This document shows, one piece after another, positions 28,471-37,701 of a stretch of DNA of 64,000 nucleotides. The translations under genes were made by a program, and so were the position numbers. The DNA comes from Candidatus Daviesbacteria bacterium RIFCSPLOWO2_01_FULL_39_23 (lineage in GTDB: Bacteria > Patescibacteriota > Microgenomatia > Daviesbacterales > UBA10151). The notes beneath the pieces were generated by a model. The model was not told where the DNA came from, ran no database searches, and was given only the letters and a program-made list of their open reading frames with translations. The number at the start of each line of letters is the position of its first letter. Positions within the stretch are counted from its first letter, which is position 1. The stretch spans positions 68,893 to 132,892 of the forward strand of contig MFDN01000005.1 in the NCBI GenBank assembly GCA_001776935.1, given 5' to 3'.

Positions 28471-28600
28471 GAAAGCTCCCCGCCAGCGATAGCCTTTCGA
28501 CTACCCATACCCCTTTCGGGATACAACCTTCGCAGATGCTCTGACTAGGAGCTTTTATCTGCGAAGGTTTTGATGCCATGCCCTTGCGGGTTTAGGCGGT
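28471..28600 (-). ncRNA. Candidate structured RNA
   Basis: Three GNRA hairpins, a 13-bp perfect stem, a tetraloop-receptor-like internal loop and a possible pseudoknot. Confidence 0.6.
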
Positions 28601-28614
28601 TAAATTGTTAAATT

Positions 28615-28806
28615 TTATGGCTTATCTCTGCCGTGCATAAGTTTCAAAATATCTTCTTTTTTATAACGACGGTCTTTGCGTTGACCAAAGCGGACAGACT
28701 GTAAAATGCCTTTTTTATCCCATTGACGAAGAGTATTAGGATGAACACTAAGCAATTTGCTTGCCGCTGATAATGTTAAAAGCTGTGGAACGGTTTGGTC
28801 AGTCAT
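28615..28806 (-). CDS. MerR-type HTH / excisionase-like protein
   Basis: LLT...A..LL.VHPNTLR.WD..G...G.R.DRRY. Confidence 0.85.
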   Translation of the reverse strand: MTDQTVPQLLTLSAASKLLSVHPNTLRQWDKKGILQSVRFGQRKDRRYKKEDILKLMHGRDKP

Positions 28807-28827
28807 AATTGATAGCGGACTCGCTAT

Positions 28828-29799
28828 TTGTTAACATTAGACTACAATAAGCAACAGTTTATTGCAACTATGACGATGAAAATTGACGAGGAATACAAAA
28901 CCTACACAGCTTTTGTTACGAAACTCGCTGTTATAAAGCAACTCTTGCTTAATCAGGAAGAACCTTCTTATATCTTGGAACGCTACACTCAGAAACACTT
29001 ACTAAGTGAGGAGCAGTTTCAAGGGATACAATCTTTGGTTAACAAAGACAAGAACGAGTTAATAAGACTCTTGGACAAAAGTATAAAAGATTTCATGGCT
29101 GGTAGACATCTCGATAAAATTACAAATCCAGAGCTAATAAAATACTCCTATAAATACCAAAAAGATAACTTTATCAACAAAATCGCAGATTATATAAAAC
29201 AATATGGACTAAAAATACCACTCCATTTCGAGGAGGACGCTTCTCTCTTCGGAGAGAACACAACCAGGATAACCTTCATAGAAACTTTAATAGCCTTAGA
29301 GTCGGAAGGATTTATCTCGATTGTTAGTATTAGAGAAGGGACTTCAAAACCACACGAAATCATTACCGCAGACGCTGGCGTTTGGTCTTTGACCAAAGAT
29401 GAAAACAGAAGTGGTTTTACCGTTTACCCAGTTCCTATTGCTACTATACAGCTTACAAGAAAGTTAATTAGCCTTATCGAGCCCCGACTCTCATATACCC
29501 CTCACAAACTGTCCTTCAAAGGCAAAGTAATTTTTATTCCAGAAGGCGACCAAGATACACTCTGTAGGGTAATTTTGCGAAATAAAAATGCAATGAAAAG
29601 AGAGTGGTCATGGGATGAAGTGCTAGAAAAATCAGGAGAAAGAAATATCGACACAAATATGTGGCGCAGGGTTTATAACGCAGGGCGTGAGATCAATAAA
29701 AAAGTGGCAATAGAAACAACAATTAAGGATCTGCTCGATGTTAGAAAGCAGACAATCTCAGTAAACACAAAATATCTGCCATTTCCCCCGAACAAGTAG
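28828..29799 (+). CDS. Hypothetical protein with possible C-terminal winged helix
   Basis: 323-aa ORF; WSWDEV...VYNA...INKKV. Confidence 0.65.
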   Translation: MLTLDYNKQQFIATMTMKIDEEYKTYTAFVTKLAVIKQLLLNQEEPSYILERYTQKHLLSEEQFQGIQSLVNKDKNELIRLLDKSIKDFMAGRHLDKITNPELIKYSYKYQKDNFINKIADYIKQYGLKIPLHFEEDASLFGENTTRITFIETLIALESEGFISIVSIREGTSKPHEIITADAGVWSLTKDENRSGFTVYPVPIATIQLTRKLISLIEPRLSYTPHKLSFKGKVIFIPEGDQDTLCRVILRNKNAMKREWSWDEVLEKSGERNIDTNMWRRVYNAGREINKKVAIETTIKDLLDVRKQTISVNTKYLPFPPNK

Positions 29800-29826
29800 T
29801 TAGATAACTTTATATAACCCCTTAGG

Positions 29827-29859
29827 AGCTAGGCTTATGTTAATAGCCTAGCTTTTTTT
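29827..29859 (+). terminator. Intrinsic terminator
   Basis: AGCTAGGCT-N9-AGCCTAGCT followed by a T-run. Confidence 0.7.
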
Positions 29860-29865
29860 ATAACT

Positions 29866-30117
29866 ATGAACCAGCAATTAAACGAGAATTACTATCAGAC
29901 CAGCGATCTATCTCTCGCCACAACCCTCTCTTTATTTGCGCCGATAGAAGAAATTGATCGTTCTACTAATCCCCGCAAAGCACTGTTTATCTTCCGCAAA
30001 ACTCCTGAACTGGAGAAGCTAATTGACCAGTATTTCCGAAACGAAATCAAAATCTCGCCTCAGACCTATTTTAATCAGTTGCGTGTCGTGAAGGCACGGC
30101 TCTATGCCAACGAATAA
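29866..30117 (+). CDS. DUF5659-like protein
   Basis: TSDLSLA..L, IDR.NP.KA.F.F, P..YF..LR..K.RLY. Confidence 0.7.
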   Translation: MNQQLNENYYQTSDLSLATTLSLFAPIEEIDRSTNPRKALFIFRKTPELEKLIDQYFRNEIKISPQTYFNQLRVVKARLYANE

Positions 30118-30119
30118 CT

Positions 30120-30296
30120 ATGATAGATAAAAATTTACTATTGGAACTAAAACAAATCTTAAAAGAAGACTTTGATCTGGAATTAAGCCTCCAGGAAGTT
30201 ACAGAGATAGGCACAACCCTACTGGCTTTTACCGAGACTTTATTAAAAATCGAGTCAACAAACAGTGGAGGAAACAGTTATGACGCCCATAGATAA
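30120..30296 (+). CDS. Small helical protein (58 aa, not in ORF track)
   Basis: MIDKNLLLELKQILKEDFDLELSLQEVTEIGTTLLAF; similar to the next ORF. Confidence 0.6.
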   Translation: MIDKNLLLELKQILKEDFDLELSLQEVTEIGTTLLAFTETLLKIESTNSGGNSYDAHR

Positions 30297-30528
30297 ATTT
30301 GTAAGCATTCTAAAACCGCTTTTATTAGCAGGGTGCGGTATTGAATTAACCACAGAAGAAGCGTCGATTGTGGCAAATACGCTGACAGATTTCTTTGAGG
30401 CATTGGCATTAATCGAACACAAAAAGGATTGTCCTAAGAAAGAAAAGCTTGAAGAATACTTGAGACAAAAATGGGGCGGTAAAAGAAAAATTAATATGAC
30501 CATAAATAACCATGATGATCTCAATTAA
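30265..30528 (+). CDS. Small protein paralogous to the upstream ORF
   Basis: GIELTTEEASIVANTLTDFFEAL. Confidence 0.55.
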   Translation: MEETVMTPIDKFVSILKPLLLAGCGIELTTEEASIVANTLTDFFEALALIEHKKDCPKKEKLEEYLRQKWGGKRKINMTINNHDDLN

Positions 30529-30868
30529 CGATATAACTATCAAAATTAAACTCTTGAAATCAGAAACCATGCTAGCCCAGGCAACCGTAATACTTTTTGG
30601 TGTCTGGAAAGAACATGGCTGGAAGGTGTTGAGATCTGATCGACCACATCCAAAACATCAAGATTCCCTATGGTTTCAAGCGCCAAGCTATCGACTAGGT
30701 AGTGGTTGGCACGAAATCGTCTTTATCGATGATCTTGATCTATACGAGGCTGTGATAGAGAAGATTTACAACGCCTATTGCCTTGCCAAAAGCAAACAAC
30801 CCGATCAGGGAGAAAAAGAGGAAGAAATCAATCCAGAGGATGTCGATTTAGAAAGCATTAACTTATGA
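30512..30868 (+). CDS. SpoVG-like protein with acidic tail
   Basis: LA.ATV, G.KV, LW...PS, W.EIV, acidic C-terminus. Confidence 0.55.
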   Translation: MMISINDITIKIKLLKSETMLAQATVILFGVWKEHGWKVLRSDRPHPKHQDSLWFQAPSYRLGSGWHEIVFIDDLDLYEAVIEKIYNAYCLAKSKQPDQGEKEEEINPEDVDLESINL

Positions 30869-30874
30869 AAAGAC

Positions 30875-30960
30875 ATAGTAACTATATAGGGACTTATAAA
30901 GGGAATTTTATAGTAACAATTTTTCCCTTTAAGAGGAAATGTATTTATATAAGTTACTAT
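30875..30960. repeat. AT-rich imperfect palindrome
   Basis: ATAGTAACTATATA ... AAAGGGAA ... TTCCCTTT ... TATATAAGTTACTAT, with a central ATAGTAAC. Confidence 0.6.
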
Positions 30961-30973
30961 AGCTAATTTAACT

Positions 30974-31546
30974 ATGAATATCGTTACATCAAAGATACCA
31001 GGAGAACGAGCAAAACAATACGCCGCTTGGCTTCTTTATTGCGAAGTAGGCAGTTTAGAAAAAACGCTCAGGATGTGGGAGCGAATTTCAGCTCAAGATG
31101 ATACCGAAATGATACCGTTTTTTGGGGTTTTCCTGGGTAAACCCGCTGGTTTGGCAACACTCAAACGCTGGTCAGTCAAATATCGCTGGCAGGAACGAAC
31201 TGAGTTGAAAAACACAGAAGATCTGGAAGACATGAGGTTCAAGTTTAAGAGGATTAAGCAAACAAGAGCATATAAAATTGCCATTTTATTAGACAGGGTT
31301 CTTGATAGATTGGGTCGGCAGTTGGATCAAGGCATGTATGTCAGCACAAGAGATCTTTACACGCTTTGGAAGATGCACCGAGTTGAAGAGGGACTGAGTA
31401 TCGGAAACTACCAAGTTATCACTTACCAAGAACCGCCAGCAGAACCAAAAACCCCAGAAGAAATAGAGTTAGACAAGAAGATACAGGAAATAGTCAGTAG
31501 GTATCACAAGAACAACGACAAGGAGGAGCAACCTACCATTACTTGA
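30974..31546 (+). CDS. HTH protein resembling terminase small subunit-like proteins
   Basis: E..K.Y.A..LY...GSL, TL.RWS.KY.W.ER. Confidence 0.5.
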   Translation: MNIVTSKIPGERAKQYAAWLLYCEVGSLEKTLRMWERISAQDDTEMIPFFGVFLGKPAGLATLKRWSVKYRWQERTELKNTEDLEDMRFKFKRIKQTRAYKIAILLDRVLDRLGRQLDQGMYVSTRDLYTLWKMHRVEEGLSIGNYQVITYQEPPAEPKTPEEIELDKKIQEIVSRYHKNNDKEEQPTIT

Positions 31547-31592
31547 TATTGCCAAACAATTTGTTTATGTTCTGTGTTACATCAAAATTACT

Positions 31593-33275
31593 ATGAAAAC
31601 TGCCATATTCTGCCGAGTAAGCAGTAAAGAACAAGAAGAAACAGGCTACTCCCTGCCAGCTCAGGAGAAGTTCTTGAGAGAGTATGCTGACAAACAGGGC
31701 TTGGAAGTCGCCAAAGTCTTCGCCGTCTCCGAGTCCGCAGCAGGCAAGGTTCAGAGAAAAATCTTCATCGAGATGGTCGCCTATGTCCGCAAGCATACCA
31801 TTCCCACGATTATCGTGGAAACAACTGACCGTTTAACCAGGAATTTCTCTGATGTCCCCACCATTGACTTATGGATTACCGAGAACGAAGAACACCAAGT
31901 CCACCTGGCAAAAGAAGGCTGTATCCTCCACAACTCCTCCCGCTCTCACGAATGGTTTATGTGGCGGGTCAAAGTGGCCACCGCCGAGTATTACGTCCGT
32001 CTTCTTTCAGAGAATGTGAAGAAGGGGCAGAAAGAAAAACTAGCCCAAGGCTGGATCCCCACCAAACCACCACTTGGGTACAAAACAGTGGGTGAAACCG
32101 GCCACAAAATCCATGTCGTTGATGAAGGTGCTTCTAAGCTAGTAATCAAGATGTTTGAGCTCTACGCCTCCGGCGATTATTCCATCAAAAAGCTTGCAAC
32201 CACTATGTATGAAGAAGGCATGCGCTCACCGCAGGGCAACAGACTGGCGATCAGCAGGACCCACTCCCTGCTGCGTGATCCTTTCTATATGGGTAAAATA
32301 AGGTGGAACAATGAGATCAGCGAAGGCAAACATCAACCGTTAATCAGTAAAGAACTATTTGATAAGGTCCAAAATATGCTTGTGAGCAAAACCACCCCTA
32401 AATATATGAAGCACGACTACCTCTTCAAAGGATTAATCCGCTGTGCAGGCTGTGACGGACTGATTACCTGGGAACTACATCGGGGTCATCACTACGGACA
32501 TTGCAACCACTATCACGACTGTACCCAAGAAACGTGGGTCAAGGAACCGGAAACCGAAGAACAACTCTTAGACGGTTTTGATAGCCTCCGCATCAAAAAC
32601 CAGCGGGTAACTGAGTGGCTCAAGAAAGCTCTCAAAGAAAGCCACCAGGACGAAGTTCAATACCACAACAGCACCGTCGGCGATCTGGAAACCCGCTATG
32701 AAGCTGTCAGCAGAAGAATGGACAAGTTGTACGATGACAAGCTCGATGAGAAAATTACTCAGGAGTTTTATAACCGCAAGTTCAAGCAATACTCCAATGA
32801 AAAAGACGAACTAACCGAAACCATCAAACGCCACTCCATCGCCAGCACTGGCTACATAAACTTTGGTATTAATCTCTATGATCTCTCGCAACGAGCCAAA
32901 AACATCTACCTAACCGCCAAAAATAAAGATATGTTGGACGAACAACGAGCACTGATTAGGCTGGTCTTCGCCAAGTTAACGCTCAATGAAGGCAAACTTA
33001 GCTGGGAATACTCCAAGGCATTTAAAATGCTTTCAGAAGCAGTAGCCCAAACCAATTGTTCTAAAGTGGAAAATTTAGAGGATTTTGAAAAAGGAACTTT
33101 CGAACATGCAGAATTGCCCGACAATTCAACACAAAAGGACGCTTTATTGCCTCTGCGTCCCATCTGGCTCCCCCGCGTGGATTCGAACCACGAACCTCGA
33201 TCTTACAGAATTCCACTTGTTACCAAATGGTCTGGACTATCTAATCATCCCAAGATGCGGGAGCCGGGTATATAG
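31593..33275 (+). CDS. Large serine recombinase (integrase)
   Basis: RVSSKEQ catalytic Ser, DRLTRN, PPLGY, Y.G, Zn ribbon CAGC...C, coiled coil; C-terminus runs antisense through tRNA-Asn. Confidence 0.95.
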   Translation: MKTAIFCRVSSKEQEETGYSLPAQEKFLREYADKQGLEVAKVFAVSESAAGKVQRKIFIEMVAYVRKHTIPTIIVETTDRLTRNFSDVPTIDLWITENEEHQVHLAKEGCILHNSSRSHEWFMWRVKVATAEYYVRLLSENVKKGQKEKLAQGWIPTKPPLGYKTVGETGHKIHVVDEGASKLVIKMFELYASGDYSIKKLATTMYEEGMRSPQGNRLAISRTHSLLRDPFYMGKIRWNNEISEGKHQPLISKELFDKVQNMLVSKTTPKYMKHDYLFKGLIRCAGCDGLITWELHRGHHYGHCNHYHDCTQETWVKEPETEEQLLDGFDSLRIKNQRVTEWLKKALKESHQDEVQYHNSTVGDLETRYEAVSRRMDKLYDDKLDEKITQEFYNRKFKQYSNEKDELTETIKRHSIASTGYINFGINLYDLSQRAKNIYLTAKNKDMLDEQRALIRLVFAKLTLNEGKLSWEYSKAFKMLSEAVAQTNCSKVENLEDFEKGTFEHAELPDNSTQKDALLPLRPIWLPRVDSNHEPRSYRIPLVTKWSGLSNHPKMREPGI

Positions 33276-33433
33276 TCTCTACACATTTACCCCGCCACAG
33301 CGGGGATTTAGCTCGGGATTACCCTTCGATTACTCTCAGGGCTTCCCCGAATTAGCCCGATTTTCATCTCGGCATTACTGCCGGGAGCTGCCTATTTTGA
33401 CAGGATCTCGCTCTACCGTTGAGCTACAGGGGA
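33165..33433 (-). tRNA. tRNA-Asn(GUU) split by a group I intron at 35/36 (exons 33400-33433 and 33165-33205)
   Basis: TCCCCTG..GCTC/GAGC..AGATC-CTGT ^ TAA-GATCG..CGTGG-TTCGAAT-CCACG-CGGGGGA-G-CCA. Confidence 0.9.
33206..33399 (-). ncRNA. Group I intron (194 nt, no ORF)
   Basis: P1 CTGT/GCAG with U.G at the splice site, AATTCGGGGAA (P), AATCCCGAGC (Q), GTAGAGACTA (R), GATAGTCC (S), terminal G. Confidence 0.9.
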
Positions 33434-33436
33434 TTA

Positions 33437-34132
33437 TTAATGTACGTGAGCTATTCTATCATCCATCAAAGCTGAAATCCACCCCATTATTCGTCGCTGC
33501 TTATCAGAAACACTAAAATTAATCGAAAAAATCCCATATTTATGAATATTTTTTCTAACTTTTCTGCTGTTTATTTTATTTTCTGCAATATATGTTTTGA
33601 AGAATTGGTTCTCCGGAATCCCAGTTATCTTTGTCCAGTATTTCTTTGCTCTATCCACATCTAATCCTTCATGTATCCAAATAGCTCCTCTAAATCTAGA
33701 CAAAGGAATCTCACAAAATTCTTTAAACCAGCTCATCATAAACTTAATTATCTTAGGGTCACTATTGGCCAAGCCAGCCCGACCATCTCCCTTATTCCCT
33801 TCTCCTGCATATAATGTTATTCCTGCTATAAATCTATCCCTTTTGCTTAGATCTCCAAGTTCTTTTTTTGCTTCTTCATAAATAGTTTGTGTTCTAAGAA
33901 TCCTAGCACGTCTTTTATTATCTGCTGCTACAATCGAACCCTTCTTTTGGCCGAACATCTTGTTCTCAAGAAGCTTCTTTTTTTGGTCTTGTGTAAGCTT
34001 AATATCCCGACACCATCTGCTAATAGTATCCTTTGACACATGAATTTGTTGCATTATTTTACCGTAAGATAAACCCTTTTTGCGTAGCGCCTGAGCTTTA
34101 ATCTTCTCTTCTAATTTTCCAACATATCCCAT
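33437..34132 (-). CDS. HTH + single-motif LAGLIDADG-like endonuclease (copy 2)
   Basis: GLSYGKI...VSKDTISRW HTH, FIAGITLYAGEGNK, ANSDP; TTGACA-17-GATAAT 6 nt before ATG. Confidence 0.7.
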   Translation of the reverse strand: MGYVGKLEEKIKAQALRKKGLSYGKIMQQIHVSKDTISRWCRDIKLTQDQKKKLLENKMFGQKKGSIVAADNKRRARILRTQTIYEEAKKELGDLSKRDRFIAGITLYAGEGNKGDGRAGLANSDPKIIKFMMSWFKEFCEIPLSRFRGAIWIHEGLDVDRAKKYWTKITGIPENQFFKTYIAENKINSRKVRKNIHKYGIFSINFSVSDKQRRIMGWISALMDDRIAHVH

Positions 34133-34245
34133 ACTTACATTATCAAATTAGGACTAAGTATTGTCAATATATTACTATGGTTGGTAATACGATTTGAATT
34201 CTCCAATTAAAAGTAGCACACTAAAGATTAAGGAGGTGAGAAATT

Positions 34246-34512
34246 TTGAAACTGAATCCTAACAAAACAGCTTTGACTGTCGGAACCTTCGTTGGGCTGT
34301 GGCATTTTGTCTGGGGGCTACTGGTAACTTTTGGATTTGCTCAAATCCTTTTGGACTTTATTTATGGTATTCATTTTATGAATAATCCATTTACGATCCA
34401 GCCATTTGATCTGATTAAATGGATTACTCTAGTCGTGGTAACAACCATAGTCGGTTATATTTTTGGTTATATTTTTACCATAATTTGGAATAAAGTTCAG
34501 AAACAGAAATAG
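34246..34512 (+). CDS. Small membrane protein
   Basis: AGGAGG RBS, TTG start, hydrophobic helices. Confidence 0.7.
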   Translation: MKLNPNKTALTVGTFVGLWHFVWGLLVTFGFAQILLDFIYGIHFMNNPFTIQPFDLIKWITLVVVTTIVGYIFGYIFTIIWNKVQKQK

Positions 34513-34514
34513 TA

Positions 34515-34559
34515 GAGATTGCCGCGTCGGGTCGAAGAATCGACCCTCCTCGCAATGAC
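34515..34559. repeat. REP-like element (GAGATTGCC...CTCGCAATGAC) with internal hairpin between convergent genes
   Basis: GGGTCGA-AGAA-TCGACCC inside GATTGC...GCAATG. Confidence 0.55.
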
Positions 34560-34568
34560 GGGATGGGG

Positions 34569-35660
34569 TTATTCCAGGTAGTCCCGCAGCTTTTTGGCTC
34601 TGGTGGGGTGCTTTAATTTTCTGATGGCTTTGGCTTCAATTTGTCTGATTCTTTCCCTGGTTACCCCAAATTCTTTGCCTACTTCCTCCAAAGTCCGCTG
34701 CTTTCCATCTTCCAAACCAAACCTAAGCTGCAGCACCCTTTTTTCCCGGGGGGAAAGCGAATCCAAAACCTCATCAAGGTGTATTTTTAAAAGCTCTCTT
34801 GTTGCCTGCTCATCCGGCTGTAAACCCTGATCTGCGATAAAATCCCCTAAATGAGAATCTTCCTCATCCCCGACAGGAGTTTCCAGGGAGGTTGGTTCCT
34901 GTGACACTTTTATAATTTCCCGAGCTTTAGTTTCATCAATTCCTAATGCTTTGGCCACTTCTTCCGGGGTCGGCTCCCTGCCCAGTTCCTGCATCAATTT
35001 TCTTTGAGTCCTGTTAAAGCGATTTATAGTTTCAACCATATGAACAGGAATGCGGATTGTCCTGGCCTGATCTGCAATTGCCCGGGTGATTGCCTGCCTG
35101 ATCCACCAGGTGGCATAAGTTGAGAACTTATATCCCCTTCTCCAGTCATACTTATCAACCGCCCTCATCAAACCAATATTCCCCTCTTCAATTAAATCAA
35201 GTAAACTCATTCCGCGCCCGACATATTTTTTGGCAATGGAAACAACCAGCCTTAAATTAGCGCTGATTAATTTATCACGGGCAGCTTTAACATTTTTCTC
35301 TGCTTTTTTTGCAAGCTCTATTTCATCCGCTGCTGTTAAAAGCGGAATTTTGCCGATATCCCGCAAATACTGCCGGACAGGATCTGTAACAGAACCTGCC
35401 TCCAAAGTAGATAAAACTTCCAGTTCTTTTTCAAGCTCTGTTGTGGATTTAGTCTCAACTTCAAGCTCCTCTGCCGTAGTTTCAAAAACATCAATGTTTT
35501 CATCGGTCAGTTGGAGAAAAAATGCATCCAGGGCTTCTATGGTTTCTTCAGGTTTTGGGAAAATCTGCAGGATTTCTTCCTGCGTTACAAAGCCTCTGCT
35601 TTTACCCAGCTTAAGCAGTTTTTTGATATCTAAAGATGTTTGTTTTTTTTGTTTAGCCAT
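34569..35660 (-). CDS. rpoD: RNA polymerase primary sigma factor
   Basis: [44 protein letters not shown]. Confidence 0.98.
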   Translation of the reverse strand: MAKQKKQTSLDIKKLLKLGKSRGFVTQEEILQIFPKPEETIEALDAFFLQLTDENIDVFETTAEELEVETKSTTELEKELEVLSTLEAGSVTDPVRQYLRDIGKIPLLTAADEIELAKKAEKNVKAARDKLISANLRLVVSIAKKYVGRGMSLLDLIEEGNIGLMRAVDKYDWRRGYKFSTYATWWIRQAITRAIADQARTIRIPVHMVETINRFNRTQRKLMQELGREPTPEEVAKALGIDETKAREIIKVSQEPTSLETPVGDEEDSHLGDFIADQGLQPDEQATRELLKIHLDEVLDSLSPREKRVLQLRFGLEDGKQRTLEEVGKEFGVTRERIRQIEAKAIRKLKHPTRAKKLRDYLE

Positions 35661-35665
35661 GGTGG

Positions 35666-37444
35666 TTATAAATTCTTTAATTTCACTGACAAATCCCTAA
35701 ACCGCTTGTTTAGAGACTCAACTGTATCCATCTTATCAAACTCTTGGGCATTTTTTATTTCCAGGGAGAGCTTTTCCAAGGATGCTTTAATTAAGGCTTT
35801 TTTAAGTTCCGATATAACCCCTTCCAACTCTTTTTTCCAGTGTTTATCCTCACTAAACCTTTCGTCAAGCTCCATTAAGTATAGCCTATCTACTTCTACA
35901 GTCAACTCGGAAGGCAAAGTAGAGACAAAATCATTAATATTAAATGCCGTACTTTTAAAAGATATCGAGTCTAAATAAAGCACTAAAAGTACGTAAAGCT
36001 GGCGCCATTTTTCTGCCAAAAACAACGTTTCGGGAAAACCGGGGACAAAATCACTTTCCTGGGGCGGGTGCAGGAGCAAAGCTATTAAATATTCTTCCAA
36101 AAGCTCCCTTCGCCCTTTAACAGGCACAACATTATCTGCAGTTTTGGTAGTTTGCAGCAGCGGAGCATAGCTTTTCGGAGAAGCAGTGCGGGCTTTTTCT
36201 ACCGCCACACGTAAGATCTTCTCATCTGTTTTCAAAAAAGAAGCCAGTCTTTGAATATACCGCTCCCTTACCAAATCATCTGTAATTTTTGCCCAGACAG
36301 GAATTAACTCTTCTCCAATTTTGCGCAAATCAGAAGGCTTTTTGCTGTCATATCTTTTTGCAATAGAGGTTAAGTAATAATCATAAATCGGAACTGCCCC
36401 GGAAATTGCTTTTTGCCAAATAGCCGGATCGCTTTTAATAACCTCTGCCGCGTCTTTGCCGCCCTCAAGCTGCACCACTTGAATATTTAATCCTGCTTTA
36501 TCCGCAATTTCGATACCGCGCCGACAGGCGCTGTCTCCTGCCAGATCCATATCAAAACCCAAACTCAAATTTTCAGTAAATTTTTTCAGCATGTCAATTT
36601 GCCCTTCGGTTAAAGCAGTGCCTTTTGAGGCAACAACATTTTTAAACCCCGCCTGGTAAGAGGCAATCATATCCATCTCCCCCTCTACAAGCACTACTTC
36701 TTTTTTGTTTCTGATCTCTCCTTTTGCCAGATTTAAACCAAATAAGAAATTACCTTTATCAAAAATAGGGGTCTGCGGAGTATTAATGTATTTTGGTTCT
36801 GCAGGCATTAACACCCTGCCGGAAAAACCTCTTAAGTTGCCTTTCGCGTCAATTAAAGGAAAAGTAATCCTGCCTCTGAAACGATCATAACTGCCGCTTT
36901 TTGAAGCCACTCCAAGTCCTGAGGAAATAATTTCCTGATGAGTAAATCCTCTTTTTAATAGAAACCTTGTCAAGGATTCCCATGAGTTAGGGGCATAACC
37001 TATACCAAACTCCTCAATTATTTCAGTTAAAATTCCCCTTTCCTGCAAATAATTCAAAGCTTTTTTACCTAAAGGGTGTTTGGTTAAAATATAGTGGAAA
37101 AACTCCTGGGCTTTTAAGTTGATTTCAAACAACCTGTCTTTAAAATCTTTTTTATCATCGGCTTTTTTTTGCAAAACCACGCCGGCTTTTTTGGCCAGCA
37201 TTTCCAAAGCTTCTTTAAATTCCATCCCCTCTTTTTCCATTAAAAAAGTAAACAAATCTCCACCTTTTTGGCAGCCAAAGCAATGCCAAATTTGACGTTC
37301 AGGAGAGACTACAAAAGAAGGAGTTTTTTCGTTATGAAAAGGACAAGGGGCTTTAAAATTTACACCGGCTTTTTTTAAAGTAAGATATTCAGAAATCAAA
37401 TCAACAATATTGATTTTCTCTTTAATAAGTTCAACATCATCCAT
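35666..37444 (-). CDS. dnaG: DNA primase (start likely MDDVE)
   Basis: [40 protein letters not shown]. Confidence 0.98.
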   Translation of the reverse strand: MDDVELIKEKINIVDLISEYLTLKKAGVNFKAPCPFHNEKTPSFVVSPERQIWHCFGCQKGGDLFTFLMEKEGMEFKEALEMLAKKAGVVLQKKADDKKDFKDRLFEINLKAQEFFHYILTKHPLGKKALNYLQERGILTEIIEEFGIGYAPNSWESLTRFLLKRGFTHQEIISSGLGVASKSGSYDRFRGRITFPLIDAKGNLRGFSGRVLMPAEPKYINTPQTPIFDKGNFLFGLNLAKGEIRNKKEVVLVEGEMDMIASYQAGFKNVVASKGTALTEGQIDMLKKFTENLSLGFDMDLAGDSACRRGIEIADKAGLNIQVVQLEGGKDAAEVIKSDPAIWQKAISGAVPIYDYYLTSIAKRYDSKKPSDLRKIGEELIPVWAKITDDLVRERYIQRLASFLKTDEKILRVAVEKARTASPKSYAPLLQTTKTADNVVPVKGRRELLEEYLIALLLHPPQESDFVPGFPETLFLAEKWRQLYVLLVLYLDSISFKSTAFNINDFVSTLPSELTVEVDRLYLMELDERFSEDKHWKKELEGVISELKKALIKASLEKLSLEIKNAQEFDKMDTVESLNKRFRDLSVKLKNL

Positions 37445-37589
37445 AGGTTTACAATAATCCCAAAAGCCCATGCAAAATTAAGCTTCCAGGTATTGTTGCG
37501 GCCGATTGTACACTAAAAAGTTCCCGAAGACAAGCCTGGATAGAGTCTAGTGACTAGAGTCTGGAATCCAGGTATAATGTGAAACACTT

Positions 37590-37674
37590 GGAGGGATCGC
37601 ATAGTGGCCTAGTGCGCGGGCTTGGAAAGCTCGTATACCGCAAGGTATCGTGGGTTCAAATCCCACTCCCTCCG
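37590..37674 (+). tRNA. tRNA-Ser(GGA)
   Basis: GGAGGGA/TCCCTCC, CGGGC-TT GGA AA-GCTCG, long variable arm; TATAAT upstream. Confidence 0.95.
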
Positions 37675-37701
37675 CAGGTTGTCATAGTGTATAATAATTT
37701 T

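Larger units (their letters stand above)
20261..33170. mobile_element. ~12.9-kb integrative element in the 3' end of tRNA-Asn
   Basis: TGGCTC direct repeat at 20261 and 33165; large serine recombinase, excisionase-like HTH, LexA and R-M cargo. Confidence 0.75.

Noticed and set aside
33400-33433. Reading the split tRNA as Asp (GUC) from the unspliced CTGTC
   Set aside because: P1 pairing places the splice after U35, exon 2 begins TAA, and the TCC acceptor start fits Asn.
33085-33516. ORF-track ORFs over RNA genes (33085, 37579 N-terminus, 39013-39510, 43127-43443, 43750)
   Set aside because: They overlap tRNAs, the intron, tmRNA or repeats and lack protein features.
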